DNA from: Bacteroidia bacterium
GTDB taxonomy: Bacteria; Bacteroidota; Bacteroidia; NS11-12g; UBA9320
Assembly: GCA_965216465.1 (NCBI GenBank)
Contig: CBDCFW010000002.1
Coordinates: 32,001 to 96,000, forward strand
Length of the DNA: 64,000 nt
Reading direction: 5' to 3'
The position numbers and the translations under genes were made by a program. The notes under the pieces were generated by a model that worked only from the letters and a program-made list of their open reading frames with translations, searched no databases and had not been told where the DNA came from. Below, piece after piece: positions 58,159-64,000 of this stretch (position 1 is its first letter; each line of letters opens with the position of its first letter).

Positions 58159-61100
58159 ATGCAAACGAGCACAATGGAATCTCAAGAAGTGGAAATTGAT
58201 ATTAGCAGAACCATCATTGATGGTGAGAAATTCTTCCGAATTACAAACCATGACTTCATGCGTCCGTTTTTTATGAGCATTGTTAGCGATTCGAATCACT
58301 GGATGTTTATATCAAGCAATGGTGGATTAACTGCTGGAAGAAAAAATTCTGAATATGCTCTATTTCCGTATTACACAGATGATAAAATAACTGAATCATC
58401 AGAGACAACAGGTTCAAAAACGATTATTAGGGTCAAAGGAGAAGGCAAAACTCATGTTTGGGAGCCTTTTTCAGTTCGCTCCGATGGATTCTATTCAACA
58501 ACTCGAAACTTGTACAAAAATATCTTTGGCAACAAGATAATTTTTGAAGAGATCAATCACGATTTAGAGCTGGTATTCAGATATAAGTGGTCTTCAAGCA
58601 ACAGGTTTGGTTTTGTTCGCAAGGCATGGATCGAGAATATCTCAAATGAAGAAAAAGAATTCTCCTTTGTTGATGGCATACAAAATATTATGCCGGCGGC
58701 TGTTGGATCTGATATACAAAATACAACCAGCAACCTTGTCGATGCATACAAGAGAAGCGAGCTAATCAAAAAAGTTGGTCTAGGGATATATGCTTTAAGT
58801 GCAGTTATTGTCGACAAGGCAGAACCTAGCGAAGCTCTAAAGTCGAATGTGGTATGGTCTTACGGATTAGATGCTCCTATGTATCTACTTTCGACCTTGC
58901 AACTTACCAAGTTTAGAAAGGGGCTTCCATTAAAAGAAGAAACAGATGTAAAAGCTGAAAAAGGAGCCTATTTTCTTCAATCCTCAGCGGTGCTAAAGCC
59001 TGGGGATTCCAAACAATGGACCATTTTAGCTGATGTGAACAAAGATCATCGATCGATAGCGCAGCTTGTTCATGATATTAAGTCTAATCCCTCAATAGCT
59101 GAAGTTGTAAATTCAAATATTGATTTGGGTACAAAACGGCTCACAGCGTTGAATGCTTCTGCAGATGGACTTCAGTTAACTGCAGATAAGTTCAAAAATG
59201 CAAGGCATTATTCAAACACGTTGTTTAATGTTATGCGGGGAGGAGTGTTTGATAACAATTACAAGATTGAAAAACGTGATTTTACGAATTATATAAAAGC
59301 GGCAAATACGCGAGTGTATGAGCGTCAACAAGGCACGATTGAGTCGCTAAAATCAGAATTTTCATGGTTTGATTTGAATGATATTTCAAAGTCTACCACT
59401 GACATGGACTTTAAGAGGCTTTGTACAGAATACATGCCTTTAAAATTTAGCCGTAGACATGGTGATCCGAGTAGACCATGGAATAAATTCTCGATAAACA
59501 CAAGAAGTGAGATTGACGGTTCTAAGATTTTAGATTATGAGGGAAATTGGCGAGACATATTTCAAAATTGGGAGGCATTGGCATTGTCGTTTCCTGCTTT
59601 TTCAGAAAGCATGATCTACAAGTTTTTAAATGCTTCCACCTTTGAAGGGTACAACCCTTATCGCGTTACCAAAGACGGTTTCGATTGGGAAACAATCGAG
59701 CCAGATAACCCTTGGTCGTATATCGGATATTGGGGTGATCACCAAATTATATATCTATTAAAACTCTTAGAGCTTACAGATAAACATTATCCGAATAAAC
59801 TTAAAGGCTATTTTGATGAAGAGAGCTTTGTTTATGCGAATGTTCCGTATAAAATTAAGAGTTATGAGCAGATTTTAGAAAACCCGAAGGATACCATAGA
59901 GTTTGACGAAAATCTTGATGCTGATATCAGGCGAAGAAGGTTAGAAATAGGTGGCGATGCAGCACTCGTACAAGATGAGAATGCGGCCATTTACAAGGTT
60001 ACGTTTATTGAGAAAATGCTAGCTATGGTGTTGTCTAAGTTGTCTAATTTTATTCCTGAAGGCGGCATTTGGATGAATACACAACGACCTGAATGGAATG
60101 ACGCAAACAATGCCTTAGTCGGCAATGGGGTTTCGATGGTAACACTATATTACCTGAGAAGATTTTTGGTGTTCTTCCAAAAACAAATCTCAGAAGGAAC
60201 ACAAGAACGTGTTGCGGTTTCTAACGAATTAATCATCTTCTATAAAAAGGTGAGAGAAACGTTTGAAGAAAACAAAGCTCTGTTAGTCGGTTCAATAGGC
60301 GATGAAGATCGACGTGCAATTCTCGATGCGGTAGGATTAGCCGGTAGCAAATACAGAGAACACATTTACAAGCAAGGCTTTTGGGGTGAAAAACGTACGA
60401 TTTCGTATAGCGGCTTAAATCGTTTTGTTTCTCTGAGCTTAGACTTTATAGATCACAGTATTCAAGCCAATATTCGAAAAGATGGTCTTTATCATGCGTA
60501 TAATCTGATGACTGTCGAAAATGAAAAGAGTGTTAGCATTTCATATCTCAATGAAATGCTCGAGGGACAAGTTGCAGTGTTAAGCTCTGGTTTCCTTTCA
60601 CCTATTGAAGCGCTAGAAGTACTCAATGCACTGAAGCAAAGTGCGTTATTTAGAGACAATCAGTACAGCTACTTGCTATATCCGGAAAAGGATTTAGCAG
60701 GATTTATGGATCGCAATACAATTCCGGCTTCGGAAGTAGAAAAATCTCAATTATTAACTGCTCTGATCGAGAAGAACAACGATCAAGTAATTACCAAAGA
60801 TGTTAATGGAGAATATCACTTCAATGGGAATTTTAAGAATGCTGCTGATCTCAAATCAGCCTTGAATAGATTAGAAGGAACTGAATTTTCATCTTTAGCC
60901 AAAGAAGAATCAGCTAGTGTTTTGGCCATATTTGAAAAAGTATTTAATCACAAATCATTTACCGGGAGGTCTGGAACCTTTTATGGGTATGAAGGATTAG
61001 GCTCGATATATTGGCACATGGTTTCTAAGCTCTTGTTAGCAGTTCAAGAGGTTTGCCTACAAGCTGTTGAGGCTGAAGAGAGTGATAAAACGATTGGAAA

Positions 61101-61611
61101 ATTACTTGAGCATTATTATGAGATTTACGCTGGACTTGGTGTTCACAAATCTCCTGAATTGTATGGAGCTTTTCCTACTGACCCCTATTCGCATACACCA
61201 GCTGGAAAAGGTGCCCAACAGCCAGGAATGACAGGCCAAGTTAAGGAAGATGTACTATGCAGGTTTGGAGAGTTAGGCGTTTTTGTCAACGAGGGAAACA
61301 TAATGTTTTATCCTTGTCTACTGCTTAAAGACGAGTTCATTAAGAAACCTCGCACATTTGAGTTCGTTGATATTGAAGGCAATGAGCAAAGCGTCAATCT
61401 AAACATCGGCTCGCTGGCATTTACTTACTGTCAGGTGCCTGTTGTTTACATCATTGCAGATAAGGGCCGACTAGAGATTGAAAAGAATGATGGCAGCTTA
61501 TTGGTAAATAATTCTCTCAAGCTCGACAAAAGCGTGAGTAGAGAAATGTTTAGCAGAACAGGTGTTATTAGCAAAATAACTGTTTATGTGGATGAGTCCA
61601 TTTTAAAATAG
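58159..61611 (+). CDS. GH149 beta-1,3-glucan phosphorylase (cytoplasmic)
   Basis: 1150 aa, no signal peptide; FSRRHGDPSRPWN, YEGNWRDIFQNWE, QRPEWNDANNAL, YEGLGSIYWHMV, PTDPYSHTP, QPGMTGQVKE. Confidence 0.88.
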   Translation: MQTSTMESQEVEIDISRTIIDGEKFFRITNHDFMRPFFMSIVSDSNHWMFISSNGGLTAGRKNSEYALFPYYTDDKITESSETTGSKTIIRVKGEGKTHVWEPFSVRSDGFYSTTRNLYKNIFGNKIIFEEINHDLELVFRYKWSSSNRFGFVRKAWIENISNEEKEFSFVDGIQNIMPAAVGSDIQNTTSNLVDAYKRSELIKKVGLGIYALSAVIVDKAEPSEALKSNVVWSYGLDAPMYLLSTLQLTKFRKGLPLKEETDVKAEKGAYFLQSSAVLKPGDSKQWTILADVNKDHRSIAQLVHDIKSNPSIAEVVNSNIDLGTKRLTALNASADGLQLTADKFKNARHYSNTLFNVMRGGVFDNNYKIEKRDFTNYIKAANTRVYERQQGTIESLKSEFSWFDLNDISKSTTDMDFKRLCTEYMPLKFSRRHGDPSRPWNKFSINTRSEIDGSKILDYEGNWRDIFQNWEALALSFPAFSESMIYKFLNASTFEGYNPYRVTKDGFDWETIEPDNPWSYIGYWGDHQIIYLLKLLELTDKHYPNKLKGYFDEESFVYANVPYKIKSYEQILENPKDTIEFDENLDADIRRRRLEIGGDAALVQDENAAIYKVTFIEKMLAMVLSKLSNFIPEGGIWMNTQRPEWNDANNALVGNGVSMVTLYYLRRFLVFFQKQISEGTQERVAVSNELIIFYKKVRETFEENKALLVGSIGDEDRRAILDAVGLAGSKYREHIYKQGFWGEKRTISYSGLNRFVSLSLDFIDHSIQANIRKDGLYHAYNLMTVENEKSVSISYLNEMLEGQVAVLSSGFLSPIEALEVLNALKQSALFRDNQYSYLLYPEKDLAGFMDRNTIPASEVEKSQLLTALIEKNNDQVITKDVNGEYHFNGNFKNAADLKSALNRLEGTEFSSLAKEESASVLAIFEKVFNHKSFTGRSGTFYGYEGLGSIYWHMVSKLLLAVQEVCLQAVEAEESDKTIGKLLEHYYEIYAGLGVHKSPELYGAFPTDPYSHTPAGKGAQQPGMTGQVKEDVLCRFGELGVFVNEGNIMFYPCLLLKDEFIKKPRTFEFVDIEGNEQSVNLNIGSLAFTYCQVPVVYIIADKGRLEIEKNDGSLLVNNSLKLDKSVSREMFSRTGVISKITVYVDESILK

Positions 61612-61612
61612 C

Positions 61613-62893
61613 ATGATGAAAAACAGAATTCGCTCATATCAAATTATCTTACTTGTAATGGTTATTTGGTCATGCAATTCACAATCAGAACAAAAAGACA
61701 AACTACAACATATGAATACAACTACTGCTTCTCAAATATTAGGCAACTCAAAAACCAAGGCGATAAGCTATGGGGGATATCGGGGTACAAGCAGAGATGA
61801 ACAACCGACTATTGATCAATTGAAGCAAGACATGAGAATCTTGTCGTCCATAAACATAAATTTGCTGCGTACGTACAATGTGCAATTCGAGCATGCTGGT
61901 AATGTACTTCAGGCAATTAGCGAGCTAAAAGCTGAAGACTCGACTTTCGAAATGCATGTCATGTTGGGAGCATGGATCGATTGTGAAAATGCCTGGACGG
62001 ATACAACGCCCAATCACAATGCTGAAGACAGAGAAGGAAATACAGCTGAAATCGCTCGTACTGTTGACTTAGCAAAAAAGTACCCTGACATTGTTAAAAT
62101 AATTGCGGTTGGAAATGAGGCTATGGTAAAGTGGGCTCACAATTACTATGTGCAACCTGGTGTCATTCTTGGTTGGGTAAATCATCTTCAAAAGCTGAAA
62201 GCCGAGGGTGAGCTAGATAAAGACCTCTGGATAACTAGCTCTGACAACTTTGCATCGTGGGGTGGAGGAGATTCCAGTTATCACGTAAAAGATTTAGAAC
62301 AACTAATTAAGGCCGTAGATTTTGTGTCGCTCCATACCTACCCTATGCACGACACACACTTCAATCCAAGCTTTTGGGGTGTCATGGACGCCGAACTTCA
62401 TCTTTCACCAGAAGAAACTCTAGATGCGGTTATGGAGCGTGCTTTGCTTTATGCTAAGAAACAGTATGCCAACACGGTTAGTTATGTTCATAGCATAGAT
62501 AGCACCAAGCCAGTTCATATCGGTGAAACAGGATGGGCTAGCAAATCATCAGGCTATTATGGCGAAAATGGCTCAAAGGCTTGCGATGAATACAAGCAAG
62601 GTGAGTACTATAAGAAGATTAGAAATTGGACAGACAAAGCAGGAATAACGTGTTTCTATTTTGAAGCTTTTGATGAAAAATGGAAGGATGCAGCAAACCA
62701 GAACGGCTCAGAAAATCACTTTGGTCTATTTACCGCGGATGGAAAAGCCAAATATGCGGTGTGGAATGAAATAGAGAAAGACGGTTTTAACGATTTAACA
62801 AGAGATGGCAATCCGATTACAAAAACCTATTCGGGAAGTGTTGATTCGCTGTTGCTTGAAGTAGAACTGCCATTGATAAAACAACTTAAATAG
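61613..62893 (+). CDS. GH17 beta-1,3-glucanase/glucosidase, lipoprotein
   Basis: AISYGGYR, LLRTY, IAVGNEA (acid/base), HIGETGW (nucleophile), FEAFDEKWK, ENHFGLF. Confidence 0.92.
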   Translation: MMKNRIRSYQIILLVMVIWSCNSQSEQKDKLQHMNTTTASQILGNSKTKAISYGGYRGTSRDEQPTIDQLKQDMRILSSININLLRTYNVQFEHAGNVLQAISELKAEDSTFEMHVMLGAWIDCENAWTDTTPNHNAEDREGNTAEIARTVDLAKKYPDIVKIIAVGNEAMVKWAHNYYVQPGVILGWVNHLQKLKAEGELDKDLWITSSDNFASWGGGDSSYHVKDLEQLIKAVDFVSLHTYPMHDTHFNPSFWGVMDAELHLSPEETLDAVMERALLYAKKQYANTVSYVHSIDSTKPVHIGETGWASKSSGYYGENGSKACDEYKQGEYYKKIRNWTDKAGITCFYFEAFDEKWKDAANQNGSENHFGLFTADGKAKYAVWNEIEKDGFNDLTRDGNPITKTYSGSVDSLLLEVELPLIKQLK

Positions 62894-62898
62894 ATCGA

Positions 62899-64000
62899 TT
62901 GAAAAAACTTCCAATCATATCAGCTTTAGTGTTTTTGATGGCTTGCCAAAACAAAATGAATTTGAATGTAAATGTATACCAAACTTCAGCTGGTGGAGAC
63001 CAACTTTCGCCAAAAACGGAATTTGTGCTCTCCGGTTCTCTTTCTTCAATTGTAATTAAGCCGGAAGAAAAGTTTCAAACGATTTTAGGCTTTGGTGGTT
63101 CGTTTACCGAGTCTTCGGCTTACCTTTTAAACGGTCTTAGTGAAGACAAGAGAAATGAAGTTTTACAAGCTTATTTTGGTGATGACGGAGCAAGATATTC
63201 ATTGACCAGAACGCATATGAACTCGTGCGACTTCTCATTGACTCAGTATTCTTATGCACCTGAGGAGGATCTATCGCTTGACAGCTTTTCAATACACGAA
63301 GATCTAGACGACATTGTACCCATGATTAAAGATGCGATGGATGTTAGTTCTGATGGATTTAAATTGATTAGCTCTCCATGGACCGCTCCGCCGTGGATGA
63401 AAGACAATAACAGTTATGTTGGCGGTAAACTACTTCCTAAATACTACGATACATGGGCCCTGTTCTTTTCAAAGTACTTAGATGCTTATAGTTCGGAAGG
63501 AATTGATATTTGGGGATTTACAGTAGAAAACGAGCCTCATGGCAACGGGAATAACTGGGAGAGTATGCTTTATTCACCGAAAGAAATGACCGACTTCGTT
63601 CGCGAGCACTTGGGTCCAAGATTAGAGCAGGATGGTTATGGCGACAAGATAATTCTCGGTTACGACCAAAACCGTGCAGGTTTGCAAGAATGGGTCGATG
63701 AAATGTATAAAGACGAAGCCTCAAGTAAGTACTTTGATGGTGTTGCTATCCATTGGTATGAAAGCACATTCGAGGTGTTTCCTGATGCACTTCAATACGC
63801 ACATAACAAAGCTCCAAATAAATACATAATTGAGACAGAAGGCTGTGTAGATTCTGAAGTTCCTAAATGGAAGGGTGATAAATGGTATTGGTCTAAAGAA
63901 GCAACCGATTGGGGATGGGATTGGGCACGTGAAGAAGAAAAATACTTACACCCGAAATATGCCCCAGCTAATCGCTATGCAAGAGATATTATTGGATGTC
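62899..64000 (+). CDS. GH30 (GH30_1-like) glucosidase/beta-1,6-glucanase lipoprotein, runs off the window
   Basis: Not in the ORF track; hand translation from TTG 62899 gives LKKLPIISALVFLMAC...FQTILGFGGSFTES...RTHMNSCDFS...SPWTAPPWMK...ENEP...HWY...ETEGC. Confidence 0.92.
   Translation, partial: MKKLPIISALVFLMACQNKMNLNVNVYQTSAGGDQLSPKTEFVLSGSLSSIVIKPEEKFQTILGFGGSFTESSAYLLNGLSEDKRNEVLQAYFGDDGARYSLTRTHMNSCDFSLTQYSYAPEEDLSLDSFSIHEDLDDIVPMIKDAMDVSSDGFKLISSPWTAPPWMKDNNSYVGGKLLPKYYDTWALFFSKYLDAYSSEGIDIWGFTVENEPHGNGNNWESMLYSPKEMTDFVREHLGPRLEQDGYGDKIILGYDQNRAGLQEWVDEMYKDEASSKYFDGVAIHWYESTFEVFPDALQYAHNKAPNKYIIETEGCVDSEVPKWKGDKWYWSKEATDWGWDWAREEEKYLHPKYAPANRYARDIIGC

Noticed and set aside
781-63724. 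The many 60-150 aa ORFs antisense or out of frame within long genes (e.g. 5648-5947, 37377-37832, 51392-51730, 63518-63724)
   Set aside because: All are shadow ORFs within or largely overlapping well-supported genes, with no recognisable motifs.

Overview
AT-rich, gene-dense chromosomal segment of a Bacteroidota (Bacteroidetes) bacterium. The assignment rests on TAnnTTTG -7 promoter boxes, T9SS C-terminal sorting domains, homodimeric-type GlyRS, and BatA and DUF4199 genes. About 49 CDS. Housekeeping genes (rpsT, glyS, sucB, menD, gcvT, oxyR, comA, radC) are interspersed with envelope glycosylation genes and several accessory modules. (i) 11.7-16.1 kb: a divergent HTH regulator facing an operon of predicted outer-membrane protein, fatty-acid desaturase, GNAT and small membrane protein. 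(ii) 22.9-27.9 kb: a secreted WD40-caspase with a lipoprotein and a CFI-box-like protein. (iii) 44.5-48.1 kb: an ECF sigma operon with an anti-sigma/beta-barrel fusion. (iv) 49.8-64 kb: an NrtR-regulated beta-1,3-glucan (laminarin) locus (GH16, GH149, GH17, GH30, T9SS tandem-CBM-like protein). No SusC/SusD is visible in the window; the locus is instead headed by a clan GH-A hydrolase fused to a predicted outer-membrane barrel. One frameshifted Omp28-like gene is present. No rRNA, tRNA, CRISPR or IS element was seen. All family calls are from motif recognition by eye, without database searches.
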